Program-made: the position numbers and the translations under genes
Part shown: positions 39,011 through 51,984 of the stretch, one piece after another
Numbering within the stretch: the stretch's first letter is position 1
Layout: every line of letters starts with the position of its first letter
Assembly: GCA_030265395.1 (NCBI GenBank)
Contig: JARFYF010000052.1
Coordinates: forward strand, 86,166,374-86,230,373
Length of the DNA stretch: 64,000 nt
Source: Rhina ancylostomus
Lineage: Eukaryota
Direction of reading: 5' to 3'
Notes under the pieces: generated by a model
The model's database searches: none
Seen by the model: the letters and a program-made list of their open reading frames with translations, nothing else
Told to the model about the DNA's origin: nothing

Positions 39011-39171
39011 CTTTTGGTCCAAAATTTCCACAGTCACTTGGAATTGATCTTTTCAATGGAGTTACTGCACTCTGAATTGGTAAAACACTTGCATTTACAG
39101 CACTGGTGTTGGCTTTTGGTCTTCGCCTTGGTGCTATCGATGTCTCCGTTGGTCCTACTGCCTCACTTAGT
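39011..39171 (-). CDS. BMP2K: BMP2K exon 10
   Basis: ttccacag| ... AAG|GTAATT, 161 nt. Encodes RLSEAVGPTETSIAPRRRPKA...GNFGPK; the PTETSIAPRxRPKA motif is shared by AAK1 and BMP2K. Confidence 0.94.
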
Positions 39172-40080
39172 CTGTGGAAATTATACATATAATAAGCACT
39201 TAACTGTAAAGAATACTAAAGTTGAATAATGAAGTAAATTACATTTTCACAAGACTCATCTAACAAAAACAATCATTTATTCAGCTTGTATTGGTCATTA
39301 ACAAATTTGCAGTTGCTCTAAGTATGGGCTCACTGTACTGGAAAAGATCTACCAATAAATTGTAATTGTGAACAACTACAAATTGAACTGAAGTGCTAAG
39401 AGCCCAATACTCACTGGGTCTGCTTCCATGGAAGGGAGTGGAAGTTTTCTTTTATAACAAGGTTCTTAACCAGAAGTCCGCCTGATCAACCTTCTGGTCA
39501 GGCAGGAGGTACTCCAGAGCAGACTGCTACAGCAGGTAGGATGCAGAAGCAGAGTGGAGGAGATGCTAGGGGGACTGCTGGGAGTTTTGAGATTGAAAAT
39601 TAACATTGGACCTATCCATGACTCATCAATTTTTGAGATTTAAATTCATCCTTCTGTTCAAAGGTAAAAATACTCCCAAGTGTACAGAAATATGTTTACT
39701 TGCAAAATTCTACTTCACTGCAGAACGGTTTGGCAAAAAAAAACATTAATTTTGCAAAACTTAATCTGGGGGTTCATCTCAAACAGAACTCCACAAGTCC
39801 AAGGCCCATTCAGGACTTCACCACTTACCAATTCATTCCTCAATCACTATGTGAAGGACTATTTGCACTGATGGATAAACATGGAACAAGAAGATTGATA
39901 CTAAAGAAGTGGGAAGGAAATATTCTTAGACCAAAGGCTCACAACTACATTTTTAACCACAGCCAGTTTTCACCTACATAAAAAATTTAAAAAGGAATGC
40001 AATAAATGAAAACCAAGGGTCCAGAGATGGAAGGCTCATTGACAGAGGAATCAGGAGCCAAGTGACTGCATGTTGTGTAA

Positions 40081-40302
40081 GAGATTCTGCAGATGCTGGA
40101 ATCTGGAGCGCACACAAAATATGCTGGGAGGAATTCTGCAAGTCAGGCAACATCTATAGAGAGAAATAAACAGTCGATATTTTGGGTTGAGACCTTTCAC
40201 CAGGGCTGTCCTGGGGAAGGGTCTCAATCCAAAACGTCAACTGTTCATTTCTCTCCATAGATGCTGCCAGACCAGCTGAATTCCTCCAGCAGTTGTGTTG
40301 CA
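40081..40302. repeat. Foldback (inverted pair) of Penelope-associated pLTR-like repeat
   Basis: Arms at about 40111-40204 and 40210-40300 are imperfect reverse complements. The same family occurs at about 1220-1330, 23015-23110, 31070-31165 and 33745-33815. Confidence 0.7.
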
Positions 40303-41169
40303 CCTGTTGTGCTATAATTTCTATTATTTATAAAATATCCTTTACAAAATCTGAGCTTGTGTATTGATTTGGAAATGTTACTGCTGAGCCCTTTGAGAGA
40401 AATGGCCAGCTCAAGGTCCACTGCCCTTAGCAATCAATCTCTCTCTTTGGTTCAGGTTAGTCTGCTTTATTTGCTTTTTAACAACTGCTCTGAGACTCAC
40501 TTCAATGTTTTTACTGTACAAGACCAGAGTCCAAACTTTTGAGAATAAACCTTTTAAGAGCATCAACTAGGGAGACTGATTGTACCTCAAATAGTGTAAG
40601 GAGGTCTCTGGTTGCAATTTCAGGATGAATATCAATGAGTTAAACTACTTAATGGTAGGATATTGGGTCAATTACTCTTACTATGCTACACATACTGGAA
40701 GTTATTACATTATACAGATTATGAAGGAAATGTGTTATCAGTATGCATTACACACAATTGCATTGAGTCACTATTATTCAGTGATAAAATCAAAAGCTCA
40801 CCCCATTTCTGGGTTTCCCCCCCTTGTGAATTTATTTCTGGTTCTTACCAACTTCTGGAGCAAAGCGACAAGAGATACTGGACAAAAGACCAAACACTTA
40901 GGCATGCTTATGGATTTCACCTGATCAAATATCAATGATCATGCTGTGATCTGACCTCAAGAAAGAATTCTAACCAAATTTGGTTCCTATATAGGAGGAA
41001 AACTTGAAGGGAGGGTAAGCATACAGACTAAAGACTAGGACAAAATGGAACAAGAAATAAGGAAAGAAAAGAAAAGCAGAAGCAAATCATTGAAGATGCA
41101 GGAAACCTGAAATAAAACAGAAAAATGATACTTAGGTTGGACAGCACCTTTATCGTCAATGCGAAATGT

Positions 41170-41960
41170 TAGCACACTCTCTACAGATGCTCAGATTTAT
41201 AATCACTGATATGACATGAAATTTGTTGTTTTGCAGCAGCATAGTGCAAAGACATAGGAATATATAAATTACAAGAACTAAATGGTGCAAAGAAGAAGTA
41301 ATAATGAGGTAGTGTTCATGATTTCATGGATTGTTCAGAAATTTGGTGTGGAGGGGAAGAAGCTGTTCCTGGATCATTGAGTATGGGTCTTCAAGATCCT
41401 GTACCTTTCCCCTGATGGCAGTAATGAATAGAGGGCATTTCCTGGATGGTTGAGGGTCCTTAATGATGGATGCCAGCTTCTTGATGCACTGCCTCTTCAA
41501 GATGTCCTCGATGGTGGGGAGGGTTGTTCCTGTGATAAAGCAGACTGAGTCTACAACCCTCTGTAGCCTCTTGCAATCCTGTGCATTGGAGCCTCCAAAC
41601 AAGGCTGTGATACCAGTCAGAATGCTCTGCACTGTACATCTATAGGAATTTTCCAGAGTCTTTGGTAACGTACTAAATCTCCTCAAACTCCTAACAAAGT
41701 AGAGCCACCGCATGCCTCCTTTGTGACTGCAATGTTTGGGCCCAGGATAGATCGTAGGATATGTTGACGTCCAGGAACTGAAAGCTGCTCACGATTTCCA
41801 CCACTGACCCCTCAAATGAGGACTGGTGAGTGTTCTGACTTTCCCTTCCTGAAGTCCACAATCAATTCCTTGGTTGTGCTGACATTGAGTGCGAGGTTGT
41901 TGTTGTGACACCACTCAACCAGCCGATCTCTCTCACTCCTGTAAGTCTCCTCGTCACCAG
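41170..41960 (-). mobile_element. Rex1/Babar-type LINE 3' portion
   Basis: ORF 41324-41713 encodes RWLYFVRSLRRF...YRCTVQSILTGITA...DCKRLQRVVDS...LPTIEDI...SIIKDP, typical of the Rex/Babar post-RT region. Confidence 0.8.
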
Positions 41961-42989
41961 CATGCTATTTGATTAGCTAAGTATTTTGTTTCATTATAAA
42001 AGCAAAAGTGGCTCTCAAATTGCAAGTTTCCAACAGTGCTCTAAATACACAGACCCAGATTGTACACAAGTGATGAAAAAGCTCTTAAAGACATAGAACA
42101 ATCCTATTCACTGGACTGCAGGAGTTGCAAAATAATAATCAATGTATTAAATGTTAAGAGTATTGCTTACTGGCAGTGCATAAGTAATGTCACTTGCACA
42201 GTGACTATTTTGTGGGGAATGAATAATTCCATATGAAGTGGTAATTTTTGATATGCTCCCTGCATGCAACATCACTACAGGAGGTTTTAAGGTAATTAGA
42301 TTAAGTGCAGAGGACAAACGAACGAGGCTCTTAGAGCAAGCAAGACAAGTCTGAGGTACCAAGAGTTGAGCTAGTTAAATTATAGGGAAGTTTAGAGCTC
42401 TGGGAAAAAAAGGAAAGTGTACAGAACTTCAGGGGTAGGGAGATCATGCAAAGCTTTTCAGAATTTTCATTCCACTTTGATCTTTTATTCCTCCTTTCAC
42501 AATTTGTCACTGTTATATTATTTATTCAATCTAAGGATATCTTCCTTTCCCGCCAATCTTGTTTCTGATTTACCTTTATTTAAATTGTTAATTGAAAGAG
42601 TGCTGCAGTTACATTTTAGGAATTATAGATGTACAAGCAAAATAAACATTTTCAAAAGTAATTCAAAAGACTGGCTAGATGATGTACAATCACAACAGGA
42701 TCCCTTTTTGTGGCACAGAATATGAATGATTTATACATACAATAAAGTATAGCGTAGTGTCCTTTCCAAGTTTTTACTTTTCTATGGGTACTCAAAATAC
42801 TGCTCTAGTCCCATTTTCAAGACAATGTAACCCACATTTTTTAATTAGATAACTACATTACTGTTAAAGTAAAATAGATTTAATATCAGAACATTACCAC
42901 ATCCTAAATGGTTGCATGCAGATCTAATTAAATTATAACTAAGATCGGTGAACTTCTTTTGTTGGCAGATTTAACTTGGGCATACTTAC

Positions 42990-43069
42990 CTAGCTTTTGT
43001 TTGACTTTTCTTGGCAGCTGCCTCACTGGCAGTCATGGGTTCAGGAAGTACTGTAGGAATAGAAACATT
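42990..43069 (-). CDS. BMP2K: BMP2K exon 9
   Basis: ttttgcag| ... TAG|GTAAGT, 80 nt. Encodes NVSIPTVLPEPMTASEAAAKKSQTKA(R). Confidence 0.94.
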
Positions 43070-45384
43070 CTGCAAAACAGAACGACAAAACATTCAGGAA
43101 CTAAAATCTTTCATTCAAAGACAGACGTTAAACCCAATGTGGGTTTCTGCAATTGATAGTTAATTTTAAATGAGTACATATGGAATTAGTAATAATGCAC
43201 TAACATTCATAAGGAATGGAACAAGAGGTTGGAAGCAAAATAAGTCATGGATAACATCGGATTATGGATAACATCTCATCAAACGTGATGAACAAATTTA
43301 CTCAGGACTACATATCAGAACAGATGTCCAACTGTATTTATCAATAATTGCAATGCAAGGTATAGCAAGCCAAATATCCAAGTTTGCTGTTGGCACTAAC
43401 TAGCATGATAAATTGGAATAAAAATTTGCAAAGGGCCACTGGTAGACTAAATGAGCAAAACTGCGACAAGAGTATAAGGAAATCTGATGATGTTCATTTT
43501 AGATCCAAAAAAGATCAGAGCCTTCTAAATAATGAGAGACTGAAAACAGTAGAGTCACATAAATAAATTACCTACTACTCGACAAGTAAAAATATTTGAA
43601 ATTTATATAGAACGTTATCCTTTATCTCAAGGATATAGGGAAACAAATATACCTATTTTAATTCCATCTCACTCCCACAGTGACCTTTGTACTCAGACAC
43701 CTAAATCTATTCCAATGAACTTCATAGTAAGCTCAAGGACCAATTCTACATCTTTCAATTCAATACTTCCCGAACTCAATACTTAAAATTCAAAGAATGG
43801 TTCTATACCCATCCATTGTTTTGCATCATCCCTTTTGTAATTTAACCTCTTACCCCATCATAGAGCTCTTTTGTTCTTCTCTCCTCAACCACATTCCCCC
43901 CCACCCCCCCACACTAATTTCACTGCATATCAAAACTGGTTCATTTTTTCCCCAGTTCTGATACTAAAAAAAAAATCACTAATTTGAAACATTAACAGCT
44001 TCTCTCCAGAGCTGCTGCCTGCACTACAATACTTACAATTTTTTTGATACCAAAAAAGGCCACCTATAGTCCTAACCCCATACAGTAATATTTTTTTGGT
44101 GAAGAGTTAGAGTAGGTAAAGATAAAACATCTGTGGGGAATTCTAGAACACATCACAACTTGAGTGCTATTTCATCCAGAAGTGATGTTCATGAGCACTT
44201 AGGAAAGTAGTGGAAATTTGGAAATCTTTCCTCTTCCCCACAGCCACAACACAAATACAAACATTTCAAAGCATTATAGATCATTAAAAAGTGACAAGGG
44301 ATAGGCTTTCAAGACAGTTAATTGAGAATCAAAGATCAGCCTTGGAGGATAGGCTAATGAGGAATGCTCCCTCATTCCTAATTGCCAGTCACTTACTGCA
44401 AGTCTGATGATACCCTAAAAAAAGGGCGATTCCTCTGGATAACATTGACAGGAGTATCAAGACTTCTGTTTAGGGAAACCTTTTGACATCTATTTTGTGA
44501 CAAGATGAAGTCCAAGCAAAACATTGAAATTTCAGTGCAACCACAGGTTTGAAGGGGCTGTTATACATACAATTTTAAACACTGACAGTCCTACTGCTAA
44601 GAGATCAAAAGCCCAAAAAGTCACAAATGCTGTAGTGTGGGAGAGGTGGGAAAAATAAATCAAAAATGCAATATTTTCCTGCCTTCAGGCTAACCTCAGG
44701 ATCTGTTGGAAGACAACATCAAGTTTTACTGACATCCCATTAATGAACTGTCCAATTATCATCAAGACCATAACGTGCACAAGACTCTTCTTGCTTTGTT
44801 AACAGAGCTGCAATCACTTGTACTGACAGCAAATAGAAATCCACTCCTCTGCTTCCGGGAAATCTTTTGAAGGTCCAGCACAAAATAAAAAAGTAACGGA
44901 ATCCTGCCAAGTGGTTTTCCACCCCTTTTTTTTGCTGATGATTGCATATGGACTCAAGGGTCAAGAAAAATGCATACTGCAACTTCCTGCCTAGTCCTCT
45001 GCAATATTTAAATTACTTTGCTGTTGCTGTACTAAAGATGTACCTCATTATTCACAATAATGGAGTGAAGGCTGATTTTAACAGACCCTTCACAGCTTAA
45101 AGCAACCAAGGCTGTGAGGGTAAAAAAAAAACTAAATCCTACTCAGATCAGTACATTGCACTCCAGCATTTCAAATAGCTTATCAATATGACAAATACAA
45201 ATCTTAGACTTACTTTAGATCTGTAATTACACAATTGCAAAATCTGTACAATTTCATTTGCAAAGTTATAATTTTCAGATAAATTTTGTATGATTGTTAA
45301 ATATTAAATGAAAACAAATTACCACAGGCACAGTAAGTTATGACAACATTCCTTCTATCCATTTTATTTTAAAAAGATAAACTA

Positions 45385-45570
<186 letters not shown>

Positions 45571-46434
45571 CTAATGAAATGNNNNNNNNNNTCTTTCTTT
45601 TAAAAAAATGGATTGCTAGGATTTCTTTAAGATCCAAGATACAATCATCAAATCTGTGGCTAGACTTGAGAAAAGTTTAAATGCTCAAGGCAAATTGTGA
45701 AACTAATGCAAATCGTAAAGTATTCTTTTCTGGAAAAAGAAACTAACAAAAAGAGCAACAATCTGGCCAGTTTCTTGCAACTATTCTGAGAAATTCCAAG
45801 ATGGCAAAGATCAAGATATTTCAATTAATTTATGTTTGAAACCATATGCAATGATGATTACATACCCTCCAGTTTACAACACTTTACTGGGTCTTAAAAA
45901 TTTACATTTAACATATTTACTCAAGTAAAACTGAAGTGATGGCCCTCTTGTGCTTAATTTTAGCTTTCTGTAGCTTAGGAGGTTAAATTGCTTTGGAGCT
46001 CTACGTACTCCAATTCACAAGAAACAGAAAGGTATATTTGATTCTACCCCAAGGTATCTGCTAGAAATTTCCTGTCAAACTTGGAATACTGAATATTATT
46101 CTTGCCTATCAGTACCAAAATAGAATCTATGATGTCTACCTCATGACATGGATTTTTATTTTATATGCTCCCCTGTTAAGGCACAAAAATATCATTCCTC
46201 ATCTCCCTACTTATCTTTGCCTGAGCAGTTCTCAAACTCAGCAAAAACTATCTTCAGTAACATTATGAATATCTCAGTATTTGACCTGCAATATCTATAG
46301 GGTTTTTTTGGGAAGGTAAAAATGTGCTCAGGTGCTATTTTAAGTTTTTTGAAAACAGAAATATTTCCCCTCCAAGAAAATTAAAATCTAAAATGTTATG
46401 GTATTTTTGGAAATAACACCAATTATAATTTTCA

Positions 46435-46608
<174 letters not shown>

Positions 46609-47196
46609 CTAAAAGAGAAAATATCTCATGGTGAATTTTTAAAAAACGCAGCATATTCAACATCAGTGAACAAACTTGTGTATTAAAACATTTAATTTTA
46701 ACAGTTAAGGATTCAAATGCCACAAAATATTCAGTATTCAAAGCCATTAAAATTACTTTAGTAATACACATCAATGGGAAAACAACCATTTTACATTGCT
46801 GCAGCTCATCATTGCAATTTATTTGAATATTCTCCCTTTTTGTTAATTTGATTGCACACTGTATCAAATTTGCAACTGCCCATTAGCAACAATGCTACTA
46901 AGGTGCAAATCTGAACAACTTAATTCCTTAACAATTTTAATTAGATGTTGATCAGATTTAAAATGAAAAAGCTTGCAATGGAGTCAGGATGTTGTGGACA
47001 AGCAGCTCCCCAGAAGAGGGAGCCGGTAATCACAGGAAGGTTCAGCAAGCTGCCCTTAGACCAAATTTACAAAACTAGCTGGGCCAGACATTCAGTCTGA
47101 CCTCACCAGTTAATTATACTATGGCAAGAATAGATGGTACTGACTACATATAGGGATATTGATTAGTGATTGAATATTCATAGGGCATATTGATAG

Positions 47197-47495
47197 AGCA
47201 GGCACGGTAGTGTAGCACTTAGCATAACACTATTACAGTACCAGCGAGCTAGGTTCAATGCTGGCCACTGTCTGTAAGGAGTTTGTACATTCTCCTTGTG
47301 TCTGCGTGGGTTTCCTCTGGGTGCTACTATTTCCTCCCACATTCCAAAGGCATACAAGTTAGTAAGTCGTGGGAATGCTATGTTGGCACCAGGAGTGTGG
47401 TGAAACTTTCAGGCTGCCCCCAGAACACACTACGCAAAAGATGTTTTTCCACTGTGTTTTGATGTACATGTGACTAATAAAGATATCATATCTTA
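47197..47495 (+). mobile_element. Near full-length V-SINE (tRNA-derived head)
   Basis: Head with box A/B-like motifs (GGTTCAATGC), V-domain GGAGTTTGTACATTCTCC..TGCGTGGGTTTCCTCTGGGTGCT..TTTCCTCCCACA, and an AATAAA plus simple-repeat tail. Confidence 0.85.
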
Positions 47496-48289
47496 TTCAA
47501 CATAAGTATCAATACAGGGAAAGAGAAGCAATAAAAGATGGCACGGAGTCCGTTTCCTACCTCTAACTTATTTGGAGGAGTACATTAAAAGCTTCCCCCA
47601 AACATTATCCTTTGAAATGACTAGCAGTGGCCCTCCCACCTTGCCATCCAATTGGTCATGCTGAAAGAAGTTTCTGGTAATAATTAGCCCCCATCAACAA
47701 GCCAGAGGAGTGATAACTGCCTAGTCATCAGCAGTGAACAACCTCGACAGCAACCAGAGGAACACAGCTGATGAAGGCAACTTTGAGGGTGCCATGGGAG
47801 CAAAGACAGCATCATCTGAGGCAGAAGACCAATCTTCGTGAAGGGCAGAGAACCCTGGGCTCTGGGAGCCAAGAAAAGACACCTGTAACTGCCCCAAGCA
47901 CAACAGATCAGGACAGATAGCACCTTTATTAAGTATTGCATAATCAACCGTGGGTGCAAGTGTGTGAATAAAGCTGTGTTTGCACTGGGATCCAGTTATG
48001 CCCTTCTATTTGCCTCAGAAGTTTAAAAGCACCTGGGCAAAATACACTGAAAGATATTGGTCGAAGTGCTCAGAAAGAGTAGGAGCAACAAACTGAACTC
48101 ATCAGTTGAGACCAAGGATAATTTCAACCATTCTGCACAGAAGCAAGCTGGAACATAAGGTGAGAAAAAGTCAGAGCCAAGTCTGGGTCAAAAAAGGTGG
48201 AATTTGTATTTTTCTCTCCAACAGAAAATGTTTGATATCAGATCATTTTGACTTGACATTCACATGCAACCAGAGTAGCGCACAAACTA

Positions 48290-49140
48290 AATGGTAAAAG
48301 ATGGAAGTTTTTCAAGGAGGCGAAGGTGATCAATGTAGGTAGAGCAGTGGATGTTGGCCACATGGATTTTAGTAAGGCATTCCATAAAGTGTCTCATGGT
48401 AGGCTCATCCAGAAGATCAAGATGTATGGGATCCACAGTGACTTGGCCATGGTTCAGAATTGGCTTGCCCATAGAAGACAGTAGTGGTTTATGGGTCTTA
48501 TTCTGGTTGGAGGTCTGTGGTGTTCCACAGTGATCTGTACTGGGACCTCTGCTGTTTGTGATATATACTCAAGTGACTTGNNNNNNNNNNNNNNNNNNNN
48601 NNNNNNNNNNNNNNNNNNNNNNNNNNNNNNNNNNNNNNNNNNNNNNNNNNNNNNNNNNNNNNNNNNNNNNNNNNNNNNNNAGCTTTATAAAACTGGTTAG
48701 GCTGCATCTGGAGTATTGCATTCAATGCTGGTTGTCCCATTATCGGAACGAGGTGGAGGCTATGGAGAGGATGCAGAAGAAGTTGACCAGCATGCTGCCC
48801 GGATTAGAAGGTACATGCTATAAGGAGATTGGACAAACCAGGGGCGTTTTCTCTGGAGCAGCAAAGGCAGAGGGGAGACATGATAAAAATTCATAAACTT
48901 ACATGAGGCATAGACAGACAGCCAGCATCTTTTACCCAAGGTCAAAATGTCTAATACTGGAGGACGTGCATTTAAGATGAGAGAGGGGAAGTTGAAAGAT
49001 GTGTGGGGCAGGTTTTTTGTTTAAATACACAGAGTGATGGGTGCCAGGAATGCACTATCAGTGGTGGTGGGAGATAGGTACATGAATATGCAAAGAGGGA
49101 TATGGACCATGTGCANNNNNNNNNNGAAGAGATTAGGTGT
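48290..49140 (+). mobile_element. CR1 LINE fragments
   Basis: Remnants of DFSKAFxKVxH and LVRLHLEYCIQCW...MERMQKKLTSMLPGLE. Confidence 0.8.
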
Positions 49141-49623
49141 CATTAACTTAATTAGTTCCTGTGCTAATGTTCATAGGAGAAAATTGTTCAATGACAAAAT
49201 ATTATGCCACTGGAGGGCGACAGCTATCTATATAAACAAAGGGCAACTTTACACACAATAATTACAGTACACTAAGGGTCAGAAACGACCACCTATGCAA
49301 TAGCATTACATGCAATGCCCAAGAGCGGATGCCAGGTTTTCATTCTTAAAACTACAGTGAACCCCAAGCTTTTACTTTTTTCTTAACCTTTCCCACCAAC
49401 TTCTCTTCAGATTCCCCTTCACCAATCACGCTTTAATCTTCCATTTACTTTCATGATGTCCAAGAATATTTCATCTACGGATTCATCTGTTGGACCCAGC
49501 ATTCCATTCCCACTAAAATAGCTGACTCCTTAATATCCTTTGCTGCCACCTATGTTAACCCGATGGACCTATGTTAACTGATGGTGCAAATAATTGCTTC
49601 TCTTTAGGTACTAGCCACACTTA

Positions 49624-49905
<282 letters not shown>

Positions 49906-51480
49906 TTATATTTACATTCATTGGTGTTCTGAAGAAATACACTAGCAGAAACCAAAGTATACTTTAATAAATTGATGGATTTCAAAAAATAGTATAGTAG
50001 TGATAAATTAAGGATTATGCATCACAAACTATTGATTTTAAAACAAAATTAAAGACTGGTGCTTTAGTTTATAAATCTTAACAGAAACCAAAAATTGAAC
50101 ATGCCATTTTAAAATATTGCTACATCCATTCAAAGGGTACCANNNNNNNNNNNNNNNNNNNNNNNNNNNNNNNNNNNNNNNNNNNNNNNNNNNNNNNNNA
50201 TCGATGTTCTGCTATAGATATAGTTAAGAACCACAATGTGAAATAAACTGATTTTTCCTGATTCTACCAAATAAAAACATCCAACCTGAAATGTTCTCTC
50301 CTTCCAAACTTAAGCAATTCATGACATAATGATCAGTTTATAGCCTCCTGTAAATCAGTATCTAATTAGTTTTTAAATTTTGACATATTCTGACCAACAT
50401 ACTTCAAGTTTCTAAGGGAATAAAATGTTTACATTTTCAACCCATGCAAATTATATGCAGCATCAGTGCTAATGCACCAATCATTTATATGGTCTGCCCA
50501 GTGATAATGCATTTTCATATGACACCAAGACTACAGTAAATCATAGTATTGTTAACCACAGTAAACAAGATCAAATAAATATGTGCAACTGTGTGTTTTA
50601 GAGACTACTTTTACTTAATTTCCACCCCACACCCTCAACTATCAGCATTGTCAGGCAGCAAAAGTTGCATATTTGCACAGGTCACACTTTCACATTAATA
50701 AACAAAATTAAGCTAATTCCGGACATACAATCAAGCCAAAATACAATGCTAAGAGCTATCATGTTCAAAAATATAAATTTGTTAATAGCATTATAGTAAT
50801 TACAATGTAAAGTGTCTAAACTTGAGGAAAACATGTAAAGGTTTGTGTACAAAAACCATTAATGAAAATGAGAATTGTGGAAACTGACCAACAAGAAAAA
50901 TAGCCAAATTGCACAAGGTCCTGCCCACTGCTCGGACTCACCATCCACATTCACCCCACACAAAATATGAATGCACAGGGGGTACAACCTTGCCTGGCCT
51001 TCCAACCCTAGAGATATCTGACCTGATGTAGCTGGGTCTCAGAGATAATCCCACAACATTCAGACTGTTACAGAAGCAATATCTGGGGAGAGGGTTTGGG
51101 TGCATCAAAGCTGTCAGGGAATTTAATGGTTATTAATTATCTCTGACCAGACATTTAAAAGCTATTAAAACTGCCACACATTACAATTAGATTATTACAC
51201 AAATTCACTTAGAAACTGAAAGTATTTAAGTAAATTAATCTTTATATTAAATCATTTACCTTTCCTCCATCTGGTCAATTCTGATAAAAAGATGGGACAC
51301 AAGTAATGCAACATATTGGCAGATGTGGTACATCTGTCATTCAATAAAGCTGAGACATACAGCTGACAGGCACAAGTCCAGAAGATTTTATTTCAATTGA
51401 GATGGAAACACCAAATGTCATGGCAGCTTTCAAAATGGTGTAAAATCTTAGCTTTAAAGAATTCAAGGAAACAGAACTTA

Positions 51481-51621
<141 letters not shown>

Positions 51622-51984
51622 TTACAAAACTAATAGTAACTATAAACAGAATTCAAAAACCACATCAGAAAGGTCAACTCAATCTCCATAACATTACATA
51701 TCACTGAACAAAAGCAAAGATACTCAGTACACAGAAAAAAACTAGTAACTAAATTATAGACAAAGGCAGATAAGCAGTATATGGCTTACTTCCATTCAGA
51801 TAAATAAAACTCAGTTATTCCCATTTCCTTCATTTCATATNNNNNNNNNNNNNNNNNNNNNNNNNNNNNNNNNNNNNNNNNNNNNNNNNNNNNNNNNNNN
51901 NNNNNNNNNNNNNNNNNNNNNNNNNNNNNNNNNNNNNNNNTTCCTTCATTTCATATTGACTGATTCTGGCCAGCTAGAAACTAA

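Noticed and set aside
49549-49585. Short tandem duplications (also 22394-22422, 23604-23635, 43247-43272)
   Set aside because: Two-copy slippage or repair duplications. No array or spacer structure, so not CRISPR-like.
51825-51956. TTCCTTCATTTCATAT on both sides of a 100-N gap, resembling a TSD
   Set aside because: More simply explained by overlapping contig ends around a placeholder gap; cannot be evaluated here.
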